From Acidobacteriota bacterium (lineage in GTDB: Bacteria > Acidobacteriota > UBA890 > WLXD01): a DNA stretch of 64,000 nt. The number at the start of each line of letters is the position of its first letter. Within the stretch, counting starts at the first letter, position 1. Both the position numbers and the translations under genes were made by a program. Location of the stretch: NCBI GenBank assembly GCA_963666215.2, contig CAXWPL010000004.1:992001-1056000 (forward strand), read 5' to 3'. Positions 41,941 to 51,249 of this stretch are shown here, piece after piece. The notes beneath the pieces are model-generated. The model saw only the letters and a list, made by a program, of their open reading frames with translations. It was not told where the DNA came from and made no database searches.

Positions 41941-42870
41941 ATGCTCTGGGCGATTACCAGCTACTTCAATCCGGCCAGCTACGAGAGCCGTAACCTCAAC
42001 TACCGCATCTTTCGAGAACGTCTCAGCGTGCCTCTCATCGCCGTTGAGCTTGCCCGCGATCCGTCGAGGTTCGAGCTGCGCCCCGGCGACGCCGATGTGC
42101 TCGTACAGATTGTGGGCGAGGACCGGCTGTGGCAGAAGGAGCGCCTGCTGAACGTCGCGCTCGATTCTCTTCCACAGAGCTGTGAGTTCGTCGCGTGGAT
42201 CGACTGCGACGTTATCTTCGAGGATGGAAGGTGGGCGGAGCGCGCCTGCGAATCTCTTCGGGCTCTCCCGCTCGTCCAGCTCTTCGAGCGCTTCCGCGAG
42301 CTGCGACCCTCTTCGAGTGATCCGAGTGATCCGCGTGAACCCGTTGGCGACGGGTTTTCGCTCGCAGCACGTCTGCAAGCAGTGCTCGGCGACGCCCGGT
42401 ATCTCCTGAACCGCAGGGATGGCGATGAGCCTCGACGCGACGCCACGGTTGGCTTCGCGTGGGCCGCACCCCGCGAGATCCTCGATCGCCACGGCTTCTA
42501 CGACGCGTGCATTCTCGGCGGAGGCGACAAGGCAATGGTCTCGGCCGCGTTCGGAGACTTCCAGAGCCCCCTTGCGATTCGCAGTAACGAGCTCGCCGGC
42601 GACCACTACCTGTCCTGGGCCCGCGGGCTTTTCGACGCCGTGCGCGGCAAGATCGGCTATGTGCCGGGCACGCTGCTCCACCTCTGGCACGGAAGATCGC
42701 TCGATCGCGGCTACTATCGGCGATACGCCGACTTTCAAAGGTTCGGCTTCGATCCCAACGTCCATATCGAGCTCGATCCGCGCGGGGGGTGGCGCTGGGC
42801 GTCGCCGCCGGCTGGCATGCGCGAGTACGTGCGCGACTACTTCGAGTCCCGACAAGAGGACCGACCCTAG
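41941..42870 (+). CDS. Glycosyltransferase A-like hypothetical protein
   Basis: WQKERLLN, WIDCD (DxD), GFAWA, LGGGD, HLWHG. Confidence 0.65.
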   Translation: MLWAITSYFNPASYESRNLNYRIFRERLSVPLIAVELARDPSRFELRPGDADVLVQIVGEDRLWQKERLLNVALDSLPQSCEFVAWIDCDVIFEDGRWAERACESLRALPLVQLFERFRELRPSSSDPSDPREPVGDGFSLAARLQAVLGDARYLLNRRDGDEPRRDATVGFAWAAPREILDRHGFYDACILGGGDKAMVSAAFGDFQSPLAIRSNELAGDHYLSWARGLFDAVRGKIGYVPGTLLHLWHGRSLDRGYYRRYADFQRFGFDPNVHIELDPRGGWRWASPPAGMREYVRDYFESRQEDRP

Positions 42871-42936
42871 CAAGCGAGGGGTTACCTGGGAACTGCTCTT
42901 GCGGTTTCAGTCATAAGTGTCTACATTCAATACTCT

Positions 42937-42960
42937 GTATTTATTCAATACGATAGATAC
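42937..42960. promoter_or_regulatory. AT-rich near-palindrome upstream of PadR
   Basis: GTATTTAT-N8-ATAGATAC; nearby direct repeat ATTCAATAC x2. Confidence 0.5.
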
Positions 42961-42993
42961 GTCCAGGACCCCGCCGCAAGAGGTCGATTTCCA

Positions 42994-43338
42994 ATGCCGC
43001 GACAAGAGAAGCGTTCGATCGGCGAGTTCGAGCAGGTTGTTCTGCTGGCGATCCTGCAGCGCCGCGCGAGCGCCTACGCACCCGATGTGGCCGCGATGCT
43101 CGAGGCGAGCACCGGCCGCACGATCTCGCGCGGCGCGCTCTACAGCGCCCTGGACCGCCTCGAGCGCAAGAAGATGGTGCGGTGGAGCACCGAGGCAGCC
43201 ACCTCTGAGCGCGGTGGCCACCCGAAGCGACTCTTCGAGGTTACCGACGACGGGATCAAGGCGCTCAAGGCCTCACGCAACGCGCTGCTCACGCTCTGGA
43301 ACGGTCTCGAAGAGCTGCTCACGGACGAGCCTCGATGA
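42994..43338 (+). CDS. PadR family transcriptional regulator (orphan)
   Basis: IGEFEQVVLLAI, GALYSALDRLE, ERGGHPKRLF. Confidence 0.9.
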   Translation: MPRQEKRSIGEFEQVVLLAILQRRASAYAPDVAAMLEASTGRTISRGALYSALDRLERKKMVRWSTEAATSERGGHPKRLFEVTDDGIKALKASRNALLTLWNGLEELLTDEPR

Positions 43339-43590
43339 GCGCCGGGCTGCCATGGCGATCGTGAGCAGCACACGACGGTGGGTCCGCCGCGGACGAGGTT
43401 GGGGACTCGGTGGCTTGGACAGCGCGGGTCACCGTCTCATTCCACGGCGCCGGCCTTTTTTCCCCACCGTGCTGCGGCCGAGGTGTACGGCGCAGCCGCT
43501 GGCGGGACGACGGGAATGAGATCGGGTCGTCGCTTGTCCAAGCCTGCGAGTCGGTCGATTTCCGGCGGGCTGTCAAACCAGGGGGTCACG

Positions 43591-44694
43591 ATGTCCCCCT
43601 CGCTCAACAGCGTTCTAGCTGCAGTGCTCACCGCCGCGGCCCTCGGCGTTGTCGGAACGGACGGCTTCGGCGCGGACGCACAGGAAACCGTGGTCGCAGA
43701 CGCCGTGATTCCCTGTCCGACGACGTCGTTTGTTCAGATCGACCCCGATCCGACGAATGCGGCCTACGCCGACCCGTTCGTGCAAGCGTCGTGCACCACC
43801 GACGAGCTGGTGATCCGTAGCAATGGCATTCCCGGGTACGAGTTCCAGCAGATCACTCCCAACGACCTCGCTGCCCAGGATTGGGAGTGGCACCTGCCCC
43901 GCCATCCGGCTCTTGCGGAAGAGACCACCGAGATACCGCTGCTCGGAGAGGTTGCCGTGGCGGTCAACGGCATCCCGATCTACGGTCCGAACGAGGGCCC
44001 GTTCCCCGACCCCTTCGGCGATCCCGTCTACAACGCGATCGTCGACTGGTGCCTGGGCCATACCGCGCAGCGAGGCGACTACCACTACCACGCGCTGTTG
44101 GTGTCGTGTCTGAGTGCCGGCGCCGTCGAGGGCGAGCCCTCTCCCGTCATCGCGTACTCGCTGGACGGCTTCCCAATTTACGGACCCTACGGTTGCCTCG
44201 ACGGGGACTGCAGCCAGGTTGCGAAGTACCGTAGCGGATGGCAGCAAATCGGCGATCCGACGACCTATGCCTGGGAGGCTCACAGTTACCAGGCCAGCAG
44301 CAACGTTCGAGTTCTCGATCGTTGCAACGGGCACGTCGGTCCCGAGGGCGATTACCACTATCACGCGACTGACAGCTTTCCCTACATTCTCGGCTGCTAC
44401 CACGGCGCCGACGTCTCGGGCTCGGTGCCGCCCACGAGGCTGCGGGCGCAACGGCGCACCAACGGTCGTGTACGGCTACGGTGGCAGGACAACGCCGATG
44501 ATGAAGATGGCTATCAGGTTGACGTGGCTCCCGAGGACGGCGCCTTCGGCCGTGTAGCGGAGACGCTGGCGAATCGCCTCTGGTTCACGGTGCGGGGCCT
44601 CGAGGCCGGCACACGTTACAGCTTTCGTGTTCGCGCGCGCTCGGCGGCGGGTGTGTCCAATCCCACCAAGATGGTCAGTCGGGTCGCGAAATGA
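43591..44694 (+). CDS. Secreted YHYH-domain protein with C-terminal fibronectin type III domain
   Basis: SNGIP, VNGIPIY, YHYH twice, DGFPIYGP, LDRCNGH; LRWQDN...GLEAGTRYSFRVRA. Confidence 0.85.
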   Translation: MSPSLNSVLAAVLTAAALGVVGTDGFGADAQETVVADAVIPCPTTSFVQIDPDPTNAAYADPFVQASCTTDELVIRSNGIPGYEFQQITPNDLAAQDWEWHLPRHPALAEETTEIPLLGEVAVAVNGIPIYGPNEGPFPDPFGDPVYNAIVDWCLGHTAQRGDYHYHALLVSCLSAGAVEGEPSPVIAYSLDGFPIYGPYGCLDGDCSQVAKYRSGWQQIGDPTTYAWEAHSYQASSNVRVLDRCNGHVGPEGDYHYHATDSFPYILGCYHGADVSGSVPPTRLRAQRRTNGRVRLRWQDNADDEDGYQVDVAPEDGAFGRVAETLANRLWFTVRGLEAGTRYSFRVRARSAAGVSNPTKMVSRVAK

Positions 44695-45398
44695 GCTTTC
44701 CCAGGCGGTCCCCTGATGTCTCGGCCGCTGGCCTGGTCGCCACGACGGCCGGCCGGCCAGTGGCCCTGGCATTGATGACCGGCTTCCTTCTGGTCGGGAT
44801 GAACTGTGGTACCGCTCCGGTCGGCACGATTCACTACCGATTGCTGTGGGACGAGTCTCGCATCATGGCCTCGCCGAACACTGGGACAAACACGACGACC
44901 AACGCCGGGCCGATCGCCGGGCCGAGCGTTGGCTGGTCGGTCATCACCGACCTCGGGTACGAGGTCCGCGTGGACCGAGGATGGCTGGTGAGCAGCGGCC
45001 TGACGTTGGTTCCCTGTGGCGACGACGTTGGCTGGGCAGGCGCCGGCAACTTCGGTGTTGGCACCGCCTACGCGGGTCACTCGGGGGAGGTCGATCTCTC
45101 GGGGATTACGTCGCCGATCGTCGAGTCCCTCACGGAGCCCGCTGTTGTCGAGTGGCGCTCGTCGAAGATCCCGTCAACCCGTTACTGCCAGCTTCACTAC
45201 TTGCTGGCGCGCAGTGACGAGCGCGCCGTTGCCGATGCTGCCCAAGTGGACATGCGAGGTTTCACGCTCTGGATCGACGCCGCCTACAGAGCACCGGGAT
45301 CGGCGCGAGAGCACCCGCTGAGCGTGCGCATAGCGTCGGCGCACGGCGGCTTGAGCGGCCTTGGCCAGGTCCGGCTCGCTAGCCGCGTAGCTGTAGGG
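44691..45398 (+). CDS. Secreted hypothetical protein, apparently truncated and in frame with the RES gene
   Basis: ATGA overlap with the YHYH gene; hydrophobic leader; no stop before the RES domain. Confidence 0.45.
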
Positions 45399-45935
45399 AT
45401 GCGCACCGAGACGTTGCCCGAGCGCCATCGCTGGTGGCGGATCGCGGCTCGTGCGTGGCAGGACCCGTTGGATCCGAGCTTCGCTTCGCGGCTCGGTGGT
45501 CGATGGAATCGGCCGAACAGCTTCCTGACGCTGTGCCTCAACGAGGACGCGTTGACGGCCTGCATCAACCTGCGATTGTTCATTGCCGACTGGCCCTACG
45601 AACCCGAGGATCTGCGCGACGGTCAGGGCCCGGTTCTGGTTGGTGCCACCTTGCCCCGGAGCCAAACGGTGGCAGACGTGCACACAGCGCGAGGAATTGC
45701 CGCTGTTGGCCTCCCGGCCTCCTATCCAGAAAACGATCGCGGCGAGCTGGTGCCGCAGCCCATCTGTCAGGCTATCGGCGAGCAAGCGAAGCAGCGAGAT
45801 TTGCGCGGCGTGCGTTGCCGGTCGGCTCGCGCGCCGAATGGCGCTGGCCGCGAGCTGGCGTGGTTCCCGGCGACCGTCCGAAGTCGGGCCCGGCAGGTCG
45901 ACACGCTTCTGTTCGAAAAGTGGTTCTGGGCCTGA
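45399..45935 (+). CDS. RES domain protein
   Basis: WWRIA, GGRWN, LCLNED, CQAIG, GVRCRSA, ELAWF; own ATG at 45399. Confidence 0.7.
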   Translation: MRTETLPERHRWWRIAARAWQDPLDPSFASRLGGRWNRPNSFLTLCLNEDALTACINLRLFIADWPYEPEDLRDGQGPVLVGATLPRSQTVADVHTARGIAAVGLPASYPENDRGELVPQPICQAIGEQAKQRDLRGVRCRSARAPNGAGRELAWFPATVRSRARQVDTLLFEKWFWA

Positions 45936-46049
45936 CCACGTCGGCGCCCACGCTCGCTCATCGAAAAGAGCCGCTGTGCGGCGCGGCTACGCCGGTGAAG
46001 CCGGTGGCGGCGACTCCCCGGAACCCTCAGCTTCGAGGTCGATCAGTCG

Positions 46050-46385
46050 TCAGTCGCCGAGGTCGTCGAGCGGGTCCCAGCGGTAGCGCGACATGCTCAG
46101 CCGCCGAGCCTCGCCGAACCGCACGCCCTCGGCCTCGAGTCGGGCCTGCTGGCGGCCGGGCTCGCTGCCGGCGGCGCTGTCGGTGGAGCAGCCGCCCTGA
46201 GCGTTGACAACGCGGTGCCAGGGAAGGTCTTCGGGGCAGTCACGCAGTGCCCAGCCGACCGTGCGCGGTGTGACGGGTCGGGAAAGCATCTCGGCGATCT
46301 GTCCGTAGTTCATGACCTTGCCGGGCGGGATCATGCGAACGATCTCGTGCACCTCGTCCCAGAGGTTCGGCTTGATCTTGTTCAC
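46050..46385 (-). CDS. Alkyltransferase-like protein (Atl/YbaZ-type MGMT family)
   Basis: IPPGKVMNYGQIA, RTVGWAL, PWHRVVN (Trp in place of the catalytic Cys). Confidence 0.9.
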   Translation of the reverse strand: MNKIKPNLWDEVHEIVRMIPPGKVMNYGQIAEMLSRPVTPRTVGWALRDCPEDLPWHRVVNAQGGCSTDSAAGSEPGRQQARLEAEGVRFGEARRLSMSRYRWDPLDDLGD

Positions 46386-46393
46386 TCGGCGAG

Positions 46394-49300
46394 CTACTTG
46401 TCGGCCTTGAGCGTGGACAGCAACGGCACGCGGGCCGCTGCTGCGACGGCCGCGACGCTGGCGAGCAGTCCCACCACGAGCACCGCGGCGAAAGTCACGG
46501 CCAGCGAACGCCAGGGCATGGGCAGCACGCCGGCCAGGTAGCGTGGCATTGTGGCCAGCAGCGCCGAAAGGCTGCCAACTGCGAGGCCGGCGAGGAGCAG
46601 GAAGGCGTTTTCGGTCAACACAACGCGGCTCAAGAACGCCCGCCTGAAGCCGAATGCGCGCAGCGTGGCAAGCTCGCCACGACGCTCGATGACGCTGCGA
46701 ACCAGCACCACCGCCATGCCAACGGTGCCAAGCAGCAGCCCGAGGCCACCGAGAAGCTGGAACGTCGCCAGGTAGGTGTTCTGTACGGAGAGAAAGTCGG
46801 CGATGCGCTGAGAGCTCGATGTGGCATCGAAGCCGAAAGGCGACAAGGTGTCTTCGAGGAGCGTGGCGACCTCGGCGGCGCGTTCCTGGGGCGCGTCGAT
46901 CAGAAAATAGGAGAAGCCCGCTTGGCTCGGAAAATGCGCCAGCAGGTTCGACTCCGATACCAACACCTCGCTGCGGAAGATGCTCTCGGCCAGCAGCGCC
47001 ACGAGGCGCAGCCGCACGGTGCCACCCTTCTCGTCGTCGAGCTCGATCTCATCGCCCAGGCCCAGATGCAGAATCCATTGCGCCGAGTTGGCGTCGGCGA
47101 TGGCGGGGATGACGTTGTCGCCGAGGTCGGCATGGAGCAGCAGCCAGGGGTTCTCGGCGGGGTCTACAACAGCAGCGCTCGCGCCCGCTCCGCCGGTCGC
47201 TGCCTCGCTTGCTCTTGTTGGCGGATCCGGCACCGCCGCCGCGAGCTCCTGTACGAGGCTCCCCGCGAAGCGGAATCCACCACGCTCGATCTGATGGTCG
47301 GGTATACCCACTACACGCGGTCGACGCGGCTGATAGAGGTTGAGGCAACTGGCGTCGTCACCCGGCAGTACGCGCAGCGACGTAATGGCCACGCCGTCGA
47401 GCGTCGCGGCGCTCGAGCTGGGGAAGCCGAGCTCGAAGCGCGACTCCTCGCGATTGAGGTCGTGGTGCACCGCAACGTCGGTCGTTGCCAGCAGCGAGTA
47501 GCCGCCGGCGCCCGAGTCGACGGTACCGGTTTCGGCGACCGGGTCGCGCACATTGCCGGCGACAGTGACGATTACGAAGGCAGCGCAGGCCACGAGCGCC
47601 ACGCTGAGCGTGCTGCGGCCGGGGTTCCAGCCGGTGTTGCGCGCCGCCATCGCGGCAGCGGCGCTGGCAAGGCTCGTTGCCTTCGAGGCCGATCTGCTGG
47701 AACGTTCCAGATTGCCGCGTCCGCCACGGCACCAGTAAACGAAACTCGCCAGCCCCGAGATCAACAACGACGCGCCGATGCCGAATGCAAGCCCCGGCGA
47801 GCTGTTGTTGCCGGTCGCCAGGCTGAACGCCAACAGCCCGAGGCCGATTAACGCGCCGCCCACAGCGGCCGGCATGGTGAACCGCGAGCGCCCGCCTACC
47901 TGCCCTGACGCTTGGCCTGCAGCCACCTCGCGGACGGAGCCGGCCAGAAGCCGAGTGGGTGGCACGCGGCCGAGGCGCCGTACCGTCAGCCAGATGGAGA
48001 TGAGGACCACGACCACCGAGATCATCCCGCCGCTCGCGAGACTCAGGGGTTCGACATGAAGGAACATCAGCGGCGTGCCGACCGCCGATTGCCAAACCGT
48101 CCGCAACCCGAAGAGCATCAGCCGCGCGTAGGCCACGCCCGCAGCGATACCCAGGAGAGCGCCGAGGCCGGCGAGCACTGCGCCCTCGGCCAGAAGCTGG
48201 CGGCGCACCTGCCGGAGCTGGTAGCCGACGGCTGTGAGCAGCCCGATCTCGCCCGCCCGTTGCTCCACGCCGAGGCCAAACAGGAGCGCGGCGATCATCG
48301 ACGCCGAAGCGATGATGAAGAAGCTGAACGAGATGAACAGAACGCGAAAGTCAGTGGCGCCCGCGGCGGCGGCGAGGCCCTCGCCCTTGACATCGGTAAG
48401 CCGAAAGCCGAATCGCACCGGCTCGAGCGTCGAGGTGATGTCGGCCCGCAGCTTCTCTTCGAAGTCCCCGAAGGTGGCCCCGACCGGCGGCGCGATCCGC
48501 ACCGCGGTCGTCGAGCCATAGCGCGTGCTCCAGAGTTGCCGCCCGGCTGCCTGCGAGATGAACGCCTTCGGCGTGCCGCGATGCTCGTCCCAGTAGTCCT
48601 CATCTTGTGGTCGGACCAGGCCGAGATCGACCGGGAACGGTGGATCCCAATCGGCGATGTTCTCCACGCCCTCGATGCCCGGGTATTCGGGTGTGAGCGA
48701 GGCGTCGGCGGCCAGCCCGGCCATCTCTACGATGCCGGCCAGCCGGAAAGACGCCGACTCCGTGCGCAGCTCTTCGTCGAGGCCTACGACGTAGTAGCTC
48801 AGGCCAATGCTGGGTCCGGCCACGTCGAGGCCGAGCTCCGCGGCGGCCCAGCGATTGAGCAGGATCTCGTCGTCGCCGATCGCCGCTACCGCCTCGCCGT
48901 CGTCTCGTCGTAGATCACCGTGAGCTCCCCCTGGCGACGGGTCGATGGCCGCGATCATCGAGTAGGGCACGACGTTGCGCTCGCCGTCTGCCGATTGCCA
49001 GGTGATCTGGTTGGCCAGATAGGCCTGCGTGCGCTGCACGGTGCCGCCGGCGGCGATGGCGGCCTGCTCGACCTGCTGGACGGTGGCGTCACGCAGCACG
49101 AACTGGGCGCTCTGGATCTCGAGTAGGCGGGCGTCGTCGACCGCTACCCGCCTCATCTGCAGCCCGAAGTCGTCGAGTGTCAGCGACCGCCGCAGAGCGG
49201 CCTCGGCGGCGGCCAGCATCTCGCTATCCGGCGGCTCGCCGGCGTCGGTCCTGGAGTCGCCCGAGTCGATCGAGCCAGGCCGCGAAATCAGCAGCGCGTT

Positions 49301-50008
49301 GACGTTGCCTGGCTGCTCGAGAGAGCGCTGCAACTGGCTCAGCGACAGGTAGGCGTTGAGAGGCAGGGCCTGGTGCGGGCTGAGGCCGAAGCGGCCGATG
49401 CCGCGATCGGCAACCACCGCCGTGACGACGGCGCGCACACTGCCAACCAGATCCTCGACCTCCCGGCTGCCAAGAAGAGTGTCGCGCGGCACTTCGCTGC
49501 CGAGCCGGAAACGCAACAGAAGCTGATCGCCGACGCCGGCCGCGAGCTCGGCGGCGAGCGTCTGGTTGACCACGACGGAGGGGAAAACCTGACCCTGCCG
49601 GCGCACGAAATCGAAGTCGTCGGCGCTCGGCGATTCGCCAGAGTCGAACGACGGCGATGCCGCCGACTCGGCCAACAGATCAACAAAGCGCTCGTCGATG
49701 CCGTGAACGTTGACGCTCGAGGCTCGGTTGCGCGATTCGGCGTTGGTCACGCTACCGCGCAGCAGGATCGCCGGTGTTACGTGGCCGACTGCCGCCAACG
49801 CCGAATCGCCCGACAGCTCTTCCCGAAAAAATCTCTCGGCAACCAGAGCCAGGTCGACGCTGCCCAGCCGATCGAGCGTGAGGTCGCGCAGGCTGCCGCG
49901 CACGGAGTCGCCCACCAGCAACGCCCCCACCAGAACCGCGGTGTTGACCGCCGCGGCCAGCACCACGGCAAGGTTCACCGGCCAGTAATGCTTCAGCGCT
50001 CGGAGCAT
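46394..50008 (-). CDS. Large FtsX/LolE-like ABC permease
   Basis: GALLVGDSVRGSL, EQRAGEIGLL, ERRGELATLRAFGF; overlaps the ATPase stop. Confidence 0.88.
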   Translation of the reverse strand: MLRALKHYWPVNLAVVLAAAVNTAVLVGALLVGDSVRGSLRDLTLDRLGSVDLALVAERFFREELSGDSALAAVGHVTPAILLRGSVTNAESRNRASSVNVHGIDERFVDLLAESAASPSFDSGESPSADDFDFVRRQGQVFPSVVVNQTLAAELAAGVGDQLLLRFRLGSEVPRDTLLGSREVEDLVGSVRAVVTAVVADRGIGRFGLSPHQALPLNAYLSLSQLQRSLEQPGNVNALLISRPGSIDSGDSRTDAGEPPDSEMLAAAEAALRRSLTLDDFGLQMRRVAVDDARLLEIQSAQFVLRDATVQQVEQAAIAAGGTVQRTQAYLANQITWQSADGERNVVPYSMIAAIDPSPGGAHGDLRRDDGEAVAAIGDDEILLNRWAAAELGLDVAGPSIGLSYYVVGLDEELRTESASFRLAGIVEMAGLAADASLTPEYPGIEGVENIADWDPPFPVDLGLVRPQDEDYWDEHRGTPKAFISQAAGRQLWSTRYGSTTAVRIAPPVGATFGDFEEKLRADITSTLEPVRFGFRLTDVKGEGLAAAAGATDFRVLFISFSFFIIASASMIAALLFGLGVEQRAGEIGLLTAVGYQLRQVRRQLLAEGAVLAGLGALLGIAAGVAYARLMLFGLRTVWQSAVGTPLMFLHVEPLSLASGGMISVVVVLISIWLTVRRLGRVPPTRLLAGSVREVAAGQASGQVGGRSRFTMPAAVGGALIGLGLLAFSLATGNNSSPGLAFGIGASLLISGLASFVYWCRGGRGNLERSSRSASKATSLASAAAAMAARNTGWNPGRSTLSVALVACAAFVIVTVAGNVRDPVAETGTVDSGAGGYSLLATTDVAVHHDLNREESRFELGFPSSSAATLDGVAITSLRVLPGDDASCLNLYQPRRPRVVGIPDHQIERGGFRFAGSLVQELAAAVPDPPTRASEAATGGAGASAAVVDPAENPWLLLHADLGDNVIPAIADANSAQWILHLGLGDEIELDDEKGGTVRLRLVALLAESIFRSEVLVSESNLLAHFPSQAGFSYFLIDAPQERAAEVATLLEDTLSPFGFDATSSSQRIADFLSVQNTYLATFQLLGGLGLLLGTVGMAVVLVRSVIERRGELATLRAFGFRRAFLSRVVLTENAFLLLAGLAVGSLSALLATMPRYLAGVLPMPWRSLAVTFAAVLVVGLLASVAAVAAAARVPLLSTLKADK

Positions 50009-50724
50009 GTTCCGTCTCGAAGCTCGAGCCGCCTCTCGAAGCGATCGGCCAGCGCCATGCTGTGGGTCACGACCATCAGCACGCTGTCGACCTCCGCGTG
50101 CAGTTTCACGATCAAGTTGGTGACCGCGTTGGCGGTGGCGGGATCGAGGTTGCCCGTCGGCTCATCGCACAGCACCACGCCAGGGGCGTTGATGAGGGCG
50201 CGGGCGATTGCGACTCGCTGTTTCTCGCCACCCGAAAGCTCGGCCGGTCGGTGATCGAGACGATGACCAAGGCCTACACGGTCGAGCAGCTCGCGGGCGC
50301 GTTCCGGCGCGGTCTGTCGATGCCGAGCGGAATCGGAGTCGACGCCCGCGCTGTCAGCGGATCTTTCTCGGACGCTTTCTGTTGCAGCGCGCGCCATTGT
50401 TGGAATTAGCACGTTCTCGAGCACGGTGTACTGCGGCAGCAGGTGATGGTCCTGAAAGACGAAGCCGATCGTGGCGTTGCGGAAAGCGGCGAGCGCAGGC
50501 TCGGGGAGAGCGAACGGGTCAACATCGCTGAAGCGCACGGTGCCGCGGCTGGGCGGCTCGAGCGTACCGATGATGTGCAGCAGCGTGCTCTTGCCCGAGC
50601 CCGACGGGCCGGTTACCGCCATCGCCTCGCCGCTGTCGATGCGCAAGCCGACGCCGGCGAGCACATCGACAGTGCGGTCGCCGCTGCCGAAGCTTTTCCA
50701 GAGGTTGTCGACTTCGAGGTGCAT
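49993..50724 (-). CDS. ABC transporter ATP-binding protein (LolD/MacB-like)
   Basis: GPSGSGKST, GFVFQ, LSGGEKQR, DEPTGNLD, VTH. Confidence 0.93.
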   Translation of the reverse strand: MHLEVDNLWKSFGSGDRTVDVLAGVGLRIDSGEAMAVTGPSGSGKSTLLHIIGTLEPPSRGTVRFSDVDPFALPEPALAAFRNATIGFVFQDHHLLPQYTVLENVLIPTMARAATESVRERSADSAGVDSDSARHRQTAPERARELLDRVGLGHRLDHRPAELSGGEKQRVAIARALINAPGVVLCDEPTGNLDPATANAVTNLIVKLHAEVDSVLMVVTHSMALADRFERRLELRDGTCSER

Positions 50725-50774
50725 TCTTGATGTCCCGTGCTGATTGTCCGTTCGATCGCACTCCGGCGTGTCGG

Positions 50775-51200
50775 CTACGAGGCTGAATCGACTTCCATGA
50801 CCTTCTCGGCTACGACATCGGGAATCTCGACAGACCTCAAGCCCTCGCTTCCCATTACACAGCACACCGACGTCATCTCGCCACGTGCCACAATGCGCTC
50901 GCCGATGCGAAACACGAAGCCATAGGTCATCGACGTCCGACCCTTGCGGCGCACGGTGACTTCGATTTCGAGCGTGTCGCCGAAGCGCGCCGGTGACTCG
51001 TAGCTCGCCGAAAGCGACACCCGCGGCCAGCCCACCGTGTGGCCGTCGCGCTCGGTGACCACGCTGGTGCCGAGCGCTTCGAGGAACTCGTGCTCGGCGG
51101 TTTCCATGAAGATGACGTAGCGCGAGAAGTGAACGATGCCGACCATGTCGGTGTCCGAGAACTCGATACGGCGCGTCGTTTGGAATCGATCGGTCGGCAT
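50775..51200 (-). CDS. Acyl-CoA thioesterase (4HBT/YbgC hot-dog fold)
   Basis: FSDTDMVGIVHFS, PARFGD. Confidence 0.9.
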   Translation of the reverse strand: MPTDRFQTTRRIEFSDTDMVGIVHFSRYVIFMETAEHEFLEALGTSVVTERDGHTVGWPRVSLSASYESPARFGDTLEIEVTVRRKGRTSMTYGFVFRIGERIVARGEMTSVCCVMGSEGLRSVEIPDVVAEKVMEVDSAS

Positions 51201-51249
51201 GCGGGTTCTTGTCGCTTCTCTGTTGTTCGGGTGGTTCGTGATTCTTGGG

